The position numbers and the translations under genes are program-made. From an uncultured delta proteobacterium (GTDB lineage Bacteria; Desulfobacterota; Binatia; Binatales; Binataceae), in assembly GCA_963765675.1 (NCBI GenBank), contig CAVXXK010000001.1, forward strand, positions 640,001-704,000: 64,000 nucleotides of DNA, read 5' to 3'. Below are positions 11,283 through 20,640 of this stretch, piece by piece. The notes under the pieces were generated by a model. The model was not told where the DNA came from and did not search any database. It worked only from the letters and a program-made list of their open reading frames with translations. Positions within the stretch are counted from its first letter, which is position 1. Each line of letters opens with the position of its first letter.

Positions 11283-12167
11283 TCACGAACGCGGAGGCAT
11301 CAGATGCTCGGCAAACCAGTCGCGCGCCATCTTTCCACTCTCGCGATAGTTCTTCTCATAGATGTCGTAGTGGGTACCGGGAAAGACGTGATATTTCACA
11401 ATGGTCGTACTGGGTATCGCGTTTTTCGCCGCGAGGCCCGAACTTTCGCGCCCGCCGTACTCCTCGTCCTCCTGATCAATAATCAGCGTCGGCACCCTGA
11501 TGCGAGTCGCCGCCACGCGAGGACGATAACGCCACATCGTCGTGAAGTCCCCGATGCCCTTTAACGAGTCGGGTTGTTCCTTTGGACGCGGGATCATCGT
11601 GATCTCGCCGTGCGCCATGGCGCTCGCGAGCTTCTGCACTTGCTCCATCGGCGCCACAAATCCCTGCGCGTCCGGAGCCGGACCCATTCCCGGCACCTGG
11701 CTCACTACCGCTTTGATTCGCGGATCTGTTCCCGCCATGTAAATCGCGTGGCCGCCGCCAAAGCTCGACCCCCAGATTCCTATCCGGTCCGGATCGACCA
11801 TCGGTTCACCGATTAGGTAATCGAGAGCGTTGTGGATATCGCGATTCTGATCGAGCGGATCGACTACCTCTCTGACCTGCCTCGCCCGAACGGTTATAAA
11901 ACCTTCCGCGTCGGCAGCCGGTTGCTTCTCAGTAGTGATCAACCGGGCGTCGCTTTCAAACCATCCGCGATAGTCAAATGTCAGGCAAACGAAACCGCCT
12001 TTGCAAAAATATGGCGCGTAGGTCGAGCTGAGATGAGATTTCGGCCCGCCCCATCCGTGGCAGAGAAGTATCCCTGGCCTTTTTTCGCCGTCGCGAAGAT
12101 CGTCCGGCACGAACAGATCGGCCGCAAGCCGTGTTCCTTCGCTCCAGATAGTAACTTCTTTTTTCAT
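11283..12167 (-). CDS. Alpha/beta hydrolase (peptidase S9/S15-like)
   Basis: CHGWGG, FDYRGW, nucleophile WGSSFGG, catalytic His in GTHYD. Confidence 0.85.
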   Translation of the reverse strand: MKKEVTIWSEGTRLAADLFVPDDLRDGEKRPGILLCHGWGGPKSHLSSTYAPYFCKGGFVCLTFDYRGWFESDARLITTEKQPAADAEGFITVRARQVREVVDPLDQNRDIHNALDYLIGEPMVDPDRIGIWGSSFGGGHAIYMAGTDPRIKAVVSQVPGMGPAPDAQGFVAPMEQVQKLASAMAHGEITMIPRPKEQPDSLKGIGDFTTMWRYRPRVAATRIRVPTLIIDQEDEEYGGRESSGLAAKNAIPSTTIVKYHVFPGTHYDIYEKNYRESGKMARDWFAEHLMPPRS

Positions 12168-12216
12168 GACGCGTTCCTCTTGCAATACGGATAGTCACTC
12201 AGGCGCGTATGGTGCA

Positions 12217-12420
12217 TCAAACGTCCTTCATGATCCCATCAAAACGGTTCTTTATGTATTGCGCAGTTTCCTTGTGAGGAATGATATAAAGCTTTTCCTG
12301 GCGAATTCCTTCCTCGAATACACTGTCAGCAATCGCCGCCGGAGAAGTAGCCTGTTGGATAAACTTCTGCATCCGCTCCCACGCCTTCATCATCTCCGGA
12401 GTGGGGTCCCGCATAGTCAT
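12217..12420 (-). pseudogene. C-terminal remnant of a short-chain dehydrogenase/reductase
   Basis: SPAAIADSVFEEGIRQEKLYIIPH...IKNRFDGI resembles SDR C-termini; no Rossmann N-terminus; abuts the RAYT stop codon. Confidence 0.55.
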
Positions 12421-12431
12421 CTATTGTCTTG

Positions 12432-12460
12432 CCCCGGGAACGCCAATCTCCTGATTGGCG
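12432..12460. repeat. RAYT-associated REP, copy 1
   Basis: CCCCGGGAA-CGCCAATC-TCCT-GATTGGCG, identical over 29 bp to 13029-13057. Confidence 0.9.
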
Positions 12461-13028
12461 TAATACGCGCTACTCCATCGCCAACTTTCCGCCGTGTCTG
12501 CGATTCCCGCCTTCACTGGATTCAGATGGATATATTCAATCACTTGTTCAAGATGTCTCTGGTTACGGATATACCGATCCCAATACTCCCGATGCCAGAT
12601 CGGAGCGCCCGACGCGCCTCCGCTATCGCGCAATCGGTCGTAAATCCTGCGGGCGGTGAACTTCTTCCAGGCGGCCACGATCTTCGCGACGGTCCATCCT
12701 CCTATCGGCTGAAAGAGGGTATGCACATGATTCGGCATCACCACCCACGCCAGCATCCGGTAACGCTGCGAATCGAACGCCAGCAGCGAGCCTTGCACCA
12801 TCGCGGCGATACTCGCCTCGCGCAGAAGGCAGGAGCCGCGGCCAGCGTCGATCCACTCGTCGAGCCGTTTGCGGCGTTCGGCCTCCCGCTTGCCTGCCGG
12901 CAGCGTTTTCAGCTCGCCGTCCAGGCGGAGCAGCACCGCTTGTGGCAAGCTATCCGCCAGATGAAAGGTAACATGCTGCGTAACCTCGTCGCCTTCAAAG
13001 TGCGGCAGATATCCCCGGCTATGCCACA

Positions 13029-13095
13029 CCCCGGGAACGCCAATCTCCTGATTGGCGCGCGCAAAGACGCCAATCGGGAGATTGGCGTTCCCGGG
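13029..13095. repeat. RAYT-associated REP doublet (REPIN), inverted copies 2 and 3
   Basis: 13029-13057 direct copy; 13068-13095 inverted copy with one loop mismatch. Confidence 0.9.
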
Positions 13096-13102
13096 TTTAT
13101 TT

Positions 13103-13210
13103 CTACAGTTGACCATTAAAGCGCTGGTGCAGCAGCGATTTTTTCAAATCCTCAAGCGCGGCGAGGTTGCGCTCGTAAACCTCGATAGTATCAACAGTCT
13201 GAGTGACCTT
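13103..13210 (-). pseudogene. C-terminal remnant of a type I restriction-modification specificity subunit (HsdS)
   Basis: VYERNLAALEDLKKSLLHQRFNGQL* matches the HsdS terminal helix pattern (LxxLKKSLLxxAFxGxL). Confidence 0.7.
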
Positions 13211-13279
13211 GCAGCAGCGCGCTATCGGGCCTATATGGGAATTCCCGGATACCACGATGAACCAAACGGAGGGTTCCGC

Positions 13280-13893
13280 ATGAAAACCGCAGAGCACCAT
13301 CGCGAGCGATCGCGCCAAGCAAATTCGCGCACGTCGTTTACAAAACCCACAAGTTCGCGGAGATGATCGACTGGTATATCAAGGTCTTCGACGCGAAAGT
13401 GCAGCATCGCGACGACCGCCTCGCGTTTCTGACCTACGACTCCGAGCATCATCGCTTCGCGTTTATCAATCTCGGCGAGACTGCCAGCGAGAGAACGCGG
13501 CGTGACGACGACGCGGGAGTGCATCACGTCGCCTACACCTGGAAAAATCTCGGCGAGCTGCTCGAAACCTACCGGCGCCTGAAGAGCCACGGAATCGTGC
13601 CTGCGCAACCGATTCGCCACGGGCTGACACTCTCGCTCTACTACGCGGATCCCGACAAGAACATGATGGAGTTTCAAATCGATCTGATGGAGCCGAAGGC
13701 CGCCAATGATTTCATGGCCGGCCCCGCGTTCGCGGCCAATCCGATCGGAGAACGTTTCGATCCCGACGCGCTGCTCGCCCGCTTCGACGCGGGTCAGCCG
13801 GTGGACGACCTGATCTTCCGATCCGATCAGGCCGAGAGCGCCGGGACTGCGTACGCTCGAAATGGCGCGGCCGAGAAACGAACCCACGGATAA
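13280..13893 (+). CDS. VOC/glyoxalase (extradiol dioxygenase-like) protein with an apparent frameshift near the start
   Basis: APSKFAHVVYKT, FLTYDSEHHR, GVHHVAYT, HGLTLSLYYADPDKNMMEFQ. The ATG after the GGAGGG RBS (13280) is out of frame with the body. Confidence 0.75.
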
Positions 13894-13914
13894 AACGAAC
13901 CCACGAATCAAAAA

Positions 13915-13930
13915 TGTTTCACGTGAAACG
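13915..13930. promoter_or_regulatory. parS-like ParB-binding site
   Basis: TGTTTCACGTGAAACG, 15/16 match to the consensus TGTTTCACGTGAAACA, intergenic. Confidence 0.75.
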
Positions 13931-14027
13931 TGAGACCGCAAAAAATACTTAGTCGTTATATACATATTATTTCTCCGCCACGCGGAGTGAGATATCTCAC
14001 TGACGCGCCGTGTAGGAGAATGCTCGC

Positions 14028-14648
14028 GTGAGCGCGAAAATCGCACGGCTCTCCGACTCGCAAATCTCCGCCGCGGCGGCGACCCTCGCGCGCGCGTTCC
14101 ACGACGATCCGCTCATGGGCTACACGATTCCTGACCCAGCCGAACGCAAGCGGCTGCTGCCGGGCGTGTATGCTCCGATGATCCGCTTCGGATTTCTCGC
14201 GGGCGAAGTTTATGCGACCGCAGACGCGGACACGCTGGAGGGAGTAGCGCTCTGGCTCCCGCCGAACGCGAAATGGACGCGCGAGAATATCGAAGCGTCG
14301 GGGATGCATCTGCTTGCGAACCTGATCGGCAACGACGCGTATCAGCGCTATCGCGAAGTGGTGGGACGCGAGTGGCAGGCCCGCGAGCGCGACATGACCG
14401 CGGCTTGCTGGTACCTGCTCCTGCTCGGCGTCCAGCCTGGCTGCCAGCGGCGCGGACTCGGTGGCGCGTTGATGCGCCCGATCCTCGAGCGCGCCGACGC
14501 GGAGCAGCTCCCGTGCTATCTCGAGACCGAGAACCAGCGCAACGTCGCGTTCTATATGAAACAGGGCTTCGATATGATCGTGAACGGCGAAGAAGCCGGC
14601 ACAAGCGGCGTCCGCTTCTGGACCTTCCGCCGTACGCGAAGTCGCTGA
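14028..14648 (+). CDS. GNAT family N-acetyltransferase
   Basis: LARAFHDDP, WYLLLLGVQPGCQRRGLGGALM, YLET..RNVAFYMKQGF. Confidence 0.9.
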   Translation: MSAKIARLSDSQISAAAATLARAFHDDPLMGYTIPDPAERKRLLPGVYAPMIRFGFLAGEVYATADADTLEGVALWLPPNAKWTRENIEASGMHLLANLIGNDAYQRYREVVGREWQARERDMTAACWYLLLLGVQPGCQRRGLGGALMRPILERADAEQLPCYLETENQRNVAFYMKQGFDMIVNGEEAGTSGVRFWTFRRTRSR

Positions 14649-14677
14649 ACGGAAATTGAGGAACCGCGAGCAGGACC

Positions 14678-15724
14678 ATGGCAAATGAAAACGGACTCGG
14701 CGTAGTCGAGGCAAAGAATTTCTCGGTCAGGAACTTTCGCCTCGAAAGCGGCGAGGTCCTGCCCGAGCTCAGGCTCGCGTACGAGGCCTATGGAGCTCGC
14801 GCGCCCGATGGGCGCAACGCAATTCTCGCCACTCATGGCTACACCTCGAGCCAGCACGCGGCCGGACTCGACGCCAATGGCGAGGCAGGATGGTGGGACG
14901 GACTGATCGGACCCGGCAAAGCGATCGACACCCGCAAATATTTCGTCGTGTCATCGAACATGCTCGGATCGTCGTACGGTTCGACCGCGCCCGCGAGCAT
15001 CAATCCGAAAACCAGCAAACTGTACGGTCCGGATTTTCCGGAATACACTCTGGTCGATATTGTTACCGCGCAGCGCGCGATGCTCGACGCGCTCGGCGTA
15101 AAGCATCTGGTTGCGGTCGCGGGTCCGTCGTTCGGCGGCTACCAGGCTTTTCAATGGGGCGTCACCTTTCCCGACGCGATGAGCGGTATCGTTCCGGTAG
15201 TCACAGAACCGAAAGCGATCCGGGGCGACCGGATGGTGGCCGATCTGCGGACGCGGTTCGCCGGAGCTCCCGGATGGAACGGCGGGCATCATTACGGCAA
15301 CCCCGCGATGCTCGGCTTCATGACGGAGCTGCGCATCGCGACGCTCAAGCGCTACGGTATCGAGGCTGACCTCGCAGAGAGGTTTCCCGATCCGGTGAAA
15401 CGCGAGGCGGCGATCCCCGAGCTCGCGGAAAAGTGGGCTAAGGTCTTCGACGCTAATTCGCTGATCGCGCTGGCGCAGGCGCGCTCGCATTACAACGCCG
15501 AGAAGGACTTCGCCAAGCTGCGCGCGAAAGTGCTTTACGTGCTGTCGCGCACCGACAAGCTGTTTCCTCCGAGCATCGCGCCCGACGTGATGGCGAAACT
15601 GACGGCGGCTGGAGTTGACGCGACTTACTTCGAGATCGATAGCGACAAGGGCCATCTCGCGAGCGGTGCCGACTGGCAGAAATGGGATCGCGTGCTGCGC
15701 GATTTTCTGAAGCGCCTGGAATGA
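14678..15724 (+). CDS. Homoserine O-acetyltransferase (MetX)-family alpha/beta hydrolase
   Basis: FRLESG, LAYEAYG, GWWDGLIGPGKAIDT, GPSFGG, DKLFP, KGHLA. Confidence 0.82.
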   Translation: MANENGLGVVEAKNFSVRNFRLESGEVLPELRLAYEAYGARAPDGRNAILATHGYTSSQHAAGLDANGEAGWWDGLIGPGKAIDTRKYFVVSSNMLGSSYGSTAPASINPKTSKLYGPDFPEYTLVDIVTAQRAMLDALGVKHLVAVAGPSFGGYQAFQWGVTFPDAMSGIVPVVTEPKAIRGDRMVADLRTRFAGAPGWNGGHHYGNPAMLGFMTELRIATLKRYGIEADLAERFPDPVKREAAIPELAEKWAKVFDANSLIALAQARSHYNAEKDFAKLRAKVLYVLSRTDKLFPPSIAPDVMAKLTAAGVDATYFEIDSDKGHLASGADWQKWDRVLRDFLKRLE

Positions 15725-15772
15725 AGCGAATTTCAACGCGCGAATAGCTCAAAGGCCGTTCGGAGGATCTTT

Positions 15773-16990
15773 GTGCAGGAACAAAACCGCGTCGCCTGTG
15801 ACCTCCTGATCAAAAACGCGCGAGTCTTTGACGGCTCGTCCGTGCGAGAAGGACTCTGCTGCGTCGGAATCACCGGCAAAAAGATAACCTTCGTCGGCGA
15901 TGCGCCGGTCGCGGCTGCGCGGGAGATCGACGCGGGCGGACGATTTCTCATGCCCGGTCTCATCGACTGCCACATTCATCTTCTCAATATGTGGACGGCG
16001 AAAGATGAGGCGACGATGGCGGCGGATATCGAGCGCGAACTGCCGAAACGTCTGGGCGATTTCCTCGCGGCGGGTGTGACGACGGTTAAATCGGTCGGCG
16101 ACTCTGAGGACGACATCCTGCGCGTGCGCGAGATGCTCGCGACCGGCAGCCTCGTCGGACCGCGCCTGTTCGCGACCGGCGCCGCGTTCGCCGCTCCGGG
16201 GAGTCATCCCGCAACCACCATCTATGCGCAAAATCCCTGGGTCAGGAAGCGCGCGACCGTCGAGGCCGACTCGCCCGAGCTAGTGCGCGAAGCGGTCCGC
16301 CGCATGGCGGAGAAGAAGATCGACGCGGTCAAGATTGTTCATCAGGGCGGATGCAGGCATGGAGAGCCGTATTTCTTCAAAGCCGAAGCGCTGGGACTGA
16401 ATGTCCAGATCCTCAGAATCGAGCGCGAAGTTCTGGGCGCGATAATAGACGAGGCGCACAAGCATAACCTCAAGACCACCGTGCATACTGTTGACCAGGA
16501 GGCCGCGATCGAGGCTCTCGAAGCCGGCGCCGACGGACTCGAGCACGGAATCATGGAACACAAACTCAGTGACGACCGCGTGATCGAGTTGCTCCTCCGA
16601 AATCGCGCGTCCTACGTTCCCACGCTTTGGCTGCTCGGGTTCGAAGAGGAAGCCGCCGAAGCGAGATACGCCAACCTGAAGCGGATCGCCGGCGCAGGCG
16701 TGCGAGTAGCACTCGGCACCGACAGCTTTTGCGGATTCGGCAAGTTCGGAGAGAACACGCTAGTCGAAACCGAGCGTTCGGCAGCGGCGGGAATCGAGCC
16801 GCTGGCAATTCTGAAGATGGCGACCCAAAACGCCGCCGAGCATCTTGGAACCGATGCCCTTGGAACGATCGCACCAGGAAAACTCGCAGACCTGATCCTG
16901 CTCGACGGAGATCCGTCCACGGACATCACCGCGCTGCGCAATCTTCGGATGGTGATCAAAGAGGGCGCAATTCTTTCCGACAGGATCTGA
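15773..16990 (+). CDS. Amidohydrolase_1 family metal-dependent hydrolase
   Basis: MPGLIDCHIH, LEHG, LGTDS, GTIAPGKLADL. Confidence 0.88.
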   Translation: MQEQNRVACDLLIKNARVFDGSSVREGLCCVGITGKKITFVGDAPVAAAREIDAGGRFLMPGLIDCHIHLLNMWTAKDEATMAADIERELPKRLGDFLAAGVTTVKSVGDSEDDILRVREMLATGSLVGPRLFATGAAFAAPGSHPATTIYAQNPWVRKRATVEADSPELVREAVRRMAEKKIDAVKIVHQGGCRHGEPYFFKAEALGLNVQILRIEREVLGAIIDEAHKHNLKTTVHTVDQEAAIEALEAGADGLEHGIMEHKLSDDRVIELLLRNRASYVPTLWLLGFEEEAAEARYANLKRIAGAGVRVALGTDSFCGFGKFGENTLVETERSAAAGIEPLAILKMATQNAAEHLGTDALGTIAPGKLADLILLDGDPSTDITALRNLRMVIKEGAILSDRI

Positions 16991-16995
16991 TTCGC

Positions 16996-19503
16996 CTAGG
17001 GACGCGGCACTAGCTTGGCGCGCCAGAGGAGGCCTTTGGTCTCGCGCTTGCGCATCGCGTCGAAGAGATTGACGCCGGCGGGGAGCGTCTCGAAACCGAC
17101 GATCCAGAGCTCATCCTGATTTGCGCCCGCTAATGCGCACGCGACCGGTTGGCCGCCGGGGGTGACGACGCGCGCCGTCAGGCGGCCCGCAGAATCGTAA
17201 CGCAGGACGCCTTCGTCGCCGATCGGACAGCACGCCCAGACGCCGCCGACGCGATCGCCGGTCATGCCGTCGCCCGTGAGTTGTGCGAACGGCCGAGGCT
17301 CACTGAGATCTCCGTCGAGCGAGATTCGGCATTGCACGATCCGCCCCGTCATCGTCTCGGCGAGGTAGAGCATCTGGCCGTCGGGCGAAATGACCAGGCC
17401 GTTGGGGAACAGCAGATTTTCGAGCACGACTTTCATGCGGCCCGGACCGTCAACGCGAATCAATCTTCCTTTCTTCTGCGCGGGCGTCTCGCCGTGGAAG
17501 ACGCGCGGTCCGATGTCGTCGACATAGAGCCGGCCGCGAGCGTCAACGACGACATCGCCCAGGTAGCCCGTAACGATCGAACTGAGGTCGGCATATTCCT
17601 CGAGCGTCTGCCCATTGGTCACGTAGAGCTTCGCGTCGAACATCGAGGTGATGATGAGCCGGCCATCTGGCAGGACGCCCAACCCATTGGGCTGCTGCGG
17701 TATTTCGAACAGCGTCTTTAAGCTTGAGGTCTTCGCATCGAACTCCAGGACCTTGCGCCCGATCATGTCGGAGAAGACGAGGCGATCGCCGACTGCTCGG
17801 ATCCCCTCGCCGAAGAGGAAGCCGCCGGCCACGCGCTCGGCGATAGCCACCTCAACCTTTCGCTCCGGCATCAGCACGCCGGTGACGCGATCGAGAATCG
17901 CGTCCGGATTCGAGGGCTCTTCTTTCGAGCGCCATGCGACGTGTTGATCGGGACGCACCAGCACCAGGCCGCACCCCTGATATTTCTTGACCGCGGCGGC
18001 TTCAGGAACATCGAGCACGGTCATCGGGATGCGGCGCGACTGCGCCGCCGCGACGAGCGCGCGGCCGCTCGGCGGATGCGCTCCGACGCGCAACAGAGTG
18101 AACGCCGGGCCGAGCTGATCGAAGATCGATTGGCCGTCCGCGCGCCAGATATGCGGCAGGCGAACGCCGGGCCATGAAGTCTCGACATACTTCTCGACCG
18201 AGAACGGCGGCGGCTCGGTTCCGTCCTGATCGATAACCGGCGAGTTGGCGTAGTAGTAGCCGAGCTGGAAACCGGGGCAATCGAATTCATTCACCGTCAG
18301 GTCCCAAATCCTCTGGCCGAATTCCTTTCGCGCCGACTCGCTCGCTTCGAGCTCCGCAAGACGGTCGGCGCTCTCTCTGCTTACCGACGCAAGAGCGTGC
18401 ATCCATTTGACGGCCTGCGAGGCGACTTTCTCGCCAATTGGAGCGCGCTCGATCTCGTAGCTGTCGAGAATCTTCGGGTCGAGCCATCCCTGCGCGACGC
18501 CGGCGATACGCCAGCCGACCGCGATCGCGTCGGCGACGCCGGCGTTCATGCCGAAACCTCCCAACGGAATCCAGATATGCGCAGCGTCGCCAGCCAGGAA
18601 GATTCGGCGCTCGCGAAACTTGTTCGCGACCATCGCGCGGGGAATCCAGCGTGCCTGGCCGACGATTTCGTATTTGAATGGCTGGCCAACCATCCGGAAC
18701 ATCGCCGGCTCGGGATCGAACGTCGCCAAATCCTCACCTTGCGGAACATTGGTATGCAAGAGCCACAAATCTTCGCCGTCGATCGCGATCAGCACGCCGC
18801 CGCCGGCCGCGCGATACATCCATCCCGGCATCCTGGCGCACAACTTCTTGATGTCCGGTGAGCGCAGGAAGGTCGAGCAGTTGCGGCCGAGCTCCGGGAT
18901 TCCTTCCAGGCGCGCGCCGATATCGCGGCGCACGATGCTGTTGGAGCCGTCGGCACCGACCAGGTAGTGCGCGCGAAACGTGGTCTCCTCGCCGGTTTCG
19001 ACCTCGCGTGCTGTGACAGTGACGCCGGTTTCGTCCTGCATCATCGAGATGTATTCCCATCCCTCGCGCAGATCGACGCCGTGCGCCTCGACCGCGTGCT
19101 TGCGCAAGACCGGCTCGAGGTAGAGCTGCGAGATAAAATGCTGCGGCTCGGGAGTCGGCCAGTCCGAAGCAATACCTTTGGCGGTTCCTCTTTTGTAATC
19201 GGCCGAAGTCGCGCGACGGTAGCGCGTCAGTTCATGGCCGGCGAGGCTGGTCATATAGATGACGTCGGTATTGTAGTCGGGCGGCAGTCCGGCGGCGCGC
19301 ACGGCGTCGGCGCATCCCAGCCGCCGGAAGATTTCCATCGAGCGCGCATTGGTGGTGTTGCAGCGCGGGTTCGGGGGGATCTGCCGGCGACGCTCCAGCA
19401 CGATGCTTTTAATCCCGCGCAGCGCAAGGTCCATGCTGAGCGTGACGCCCACCGGCCCACCGCCCGCGATGAGCACAGGGATTTCTGTGACGCTACCGCT
19501 CAT
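16996..19503 (-). CDS. FAD-dependent monooxygenase (PheA/TfdB-type) fused to an SMP-30/gluconolactonase beta-propeller
   Basis: GGGPVG, VGADG, AGDAAH..PLGGFGMN, LVRPDQHVAWR; then GEG, PNGL, FPNGL, GDGM lactonase motifs. Confidence 0.85.
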   Translation of the reverse strand: MSGSVTEIPVLIAGGGPVGVTLSMDLALRGIKSIVLERRRQIPPNPRCNTTNARSMEIFRRLGCADAVRAAGLPPDYNTDVIYMTSLAGHELTRYRRATSADYKRGTAKGIASDWPTPEPQHFISQLYLEPVLRKHAVEAHGVDLREGWEYISMMQDETGVTVTAREVETGEETTFRAHYLVGADGSNSIVRRDIGARLEGIPELGRNCSTFLRSPDIKKLCARMPGWMYRAAGGGVLIAIDGEDLWLLHTNVPQGEDLATFDPEPAMFRMVGQPFKYEIVGQARWIPRAMVANKFRERRIFLAGDAAHIWIPLGGFGMNAGVADAIAVGWRIAGVAQGWLDPKILDSYEIERAPIGEKVASQAVKWMHALASVSRESADRLAELEASESARKEFGQRIWDLTVNEFDCPGFQLGYYYANSPVIDQDGTEPPPFSVEKYVETSWPGVRLPHIWRADGQSIFDQLGPAFTLLRVGAHPPSGRALVAAAQSRRIPMTVLDVPEAAAVKKYQGCGLVLVRPDQHVAWRSKEEPSNPDAILDRVTGVLMPERKVEVAIAERVAGGFLFGEGIRAVGDRLVFSDMIGRKVLEFDAKTSSLKTLFEIPQQPNGLGVLPDGRLIITSMFDAKLYVTNGQTLEEYADLSSIVTGYLGDVVVDARGRLYVDDIGPRVFHGETPAQKKGRLIRVDGPGRMKVVLENLLFPNGLVISPDGQMLYLAETMTGRIVQCRISLDGDLSEPRPFAQLTGDGMTGDRVGGVWACCPIGDEGVLRYDSAGRLTARVVTPGGQPVACALAGANQDELWIVGFETLPAGVNLFDAMRKRETKGLLWRAKLVPRP

Positions 19504-19727
19504 GTCGTGCCCCTCTTGTCCGGGCCGATCCGCAAAAGTCTAGCAATAGGTTTTTTCGTGCGCTGCGGGCAAGCGGGAAGCGCCGCACTCGCACGATTAA
19601 AGCGAGCCGAGAATGCGAATCTCCGATGCGCCCCAGTCATTGATACGCGCGGCCTGTTCATGGCATTAGGAGTTTCGAATTTGCGGCGCAGGGCGTTTTC
19701 AAGAGCGAGGAGTTAATCAGGGGGAAC

Positions 19728-20528
19728 ATGATTCTCGACTGGATTTACAACAATCCAACCTGGCTGTGGGGGACGATCCTGGTGGTGCTGTTCACCGCGT
19801 GCGCCTGCGGCGGCTTGATGGTCGTCCATCGATTGGTTCACGTCAACTTGCGCAGGGCTCACAACGATCTCGCCGGATTTACCATTGCGATTATCAGTGT
19901 GCTGTACGCTGTGCTGCTGGCGTTCATCGCGATCGCCACGTGGGAGTCTTTCGCCCGGGCATCCGACATCGTAGAGAACGAATCGGACTACGCTGGAGGC
20001 ATGTACCTCGATACCGCGGGACTGCCAAATGCCAAGGGCCAGGAAATCCGCGATGCGCTCGAGAAGTACGTCGAAGTTGTTATCGACGTGGAATGGCCGA
20101 TCCAGCGCGAAGGCAAGACGCCCGACCAGGGGTGGAAGCCGCTGCGCGACCTCGCGACGGCGATCGCGACGATACATCCGCAAAACTCCGGCGAGGCGGT
20201 GATCGAGGCGGAGCTGCTCAAATCATGGAATGAGCTCTACGATGCGCGCAGCGCCCGGCTATCGGCGGTTCAGGGGCATATTCCCGGCGTGATCTGGTGC
20301 ATTGTCATTTTCGGCGCGGCGATCACGACCGCATACACCTACTTCTTCGGTTTCGAAAACTTCGGCATGCATCTGGCGATGACAGCCACGGTCGCGGCTA
20401 CGCTCGCCCTGGTCATAGTAATGATCATCGCTCTCGACTGGCCGTTTCGCGGTGAGATCAGCGTCTCGCCCGACCCGTTCATCATGACCCAGCAGTCCTG
20501 GGCCGCCGCGCCGATCAACCAGAAATAG
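19728..20528 (+). CDS. DUF4239 family membrane protein
   Basis: HND..G......VLYAVLLAF, EWP, ALDWPFRGEISV; four hydrophobic segments. Confidence 0.8.
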   Translation: MILDWIYNNPTWLWGTILVVLFTACACGGLMVVHRLVHVNLRRAHNDLAGFTIAIISVLYAVLLAFIAIATWESFARASDIVENESDYAGGMYLDTAGLPNAKGQEIRDALEKYVEVVIDVEWPIQREGKTPDQGWKPLRDLATAIATIHPQNSGEAVIEAELLKSWNELYDARSARLSAVQGHIPGVIWCIVIFGAAITTAYTYFFGFENFGMHLAMTATVAATLALVIVMIIALDWPFRGEISVSPDPFIMTQQSWAAAPINQK

Positions 20529-20640
20529 AAAGCACGAAGCGCGTCTCGGATCGCCTTGGGCTCAATCATTGATAGGCGCGACCGGTTCGTGGCATTACAC
20601 GATCATTCCCACACTCGCGGCGGAGCACATATCAAGAGCG

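Larger units (their letters stand above)
12421..13116 (-). mobile_element. REP-associated tyrosine transposase (RAYT, Y1_Tnp/IS200-like HUH)
   Basis: WHSRGYLPH, VTFHLADSLP, HUH motif VVMPNHVH, WHREYWDRYIR, catalytic YIHLNPVKAG; flanked by REPs. Confidence 0.92.

Noticed and set aside
12432-13095. 29-bp palindromic repeats as a possible CRISPR array
   Set aside because: Only three copies, one inverted, irregular spacing, no cas genes; explained as RAYT REPs
12166-13119. 317-aa plus-strand ORF with a repeated PGNANLLIG peptide
   Set aside because: Antisense to the RAYT; the repeated peptide is simply the REP sequence
14678-15724. Assigning the gene symbol metX
   Set aside because: The family is clear but motifs diverge (HGYTS, GPSFGG) and there is no methionine-pathway context or SAM riboswitch
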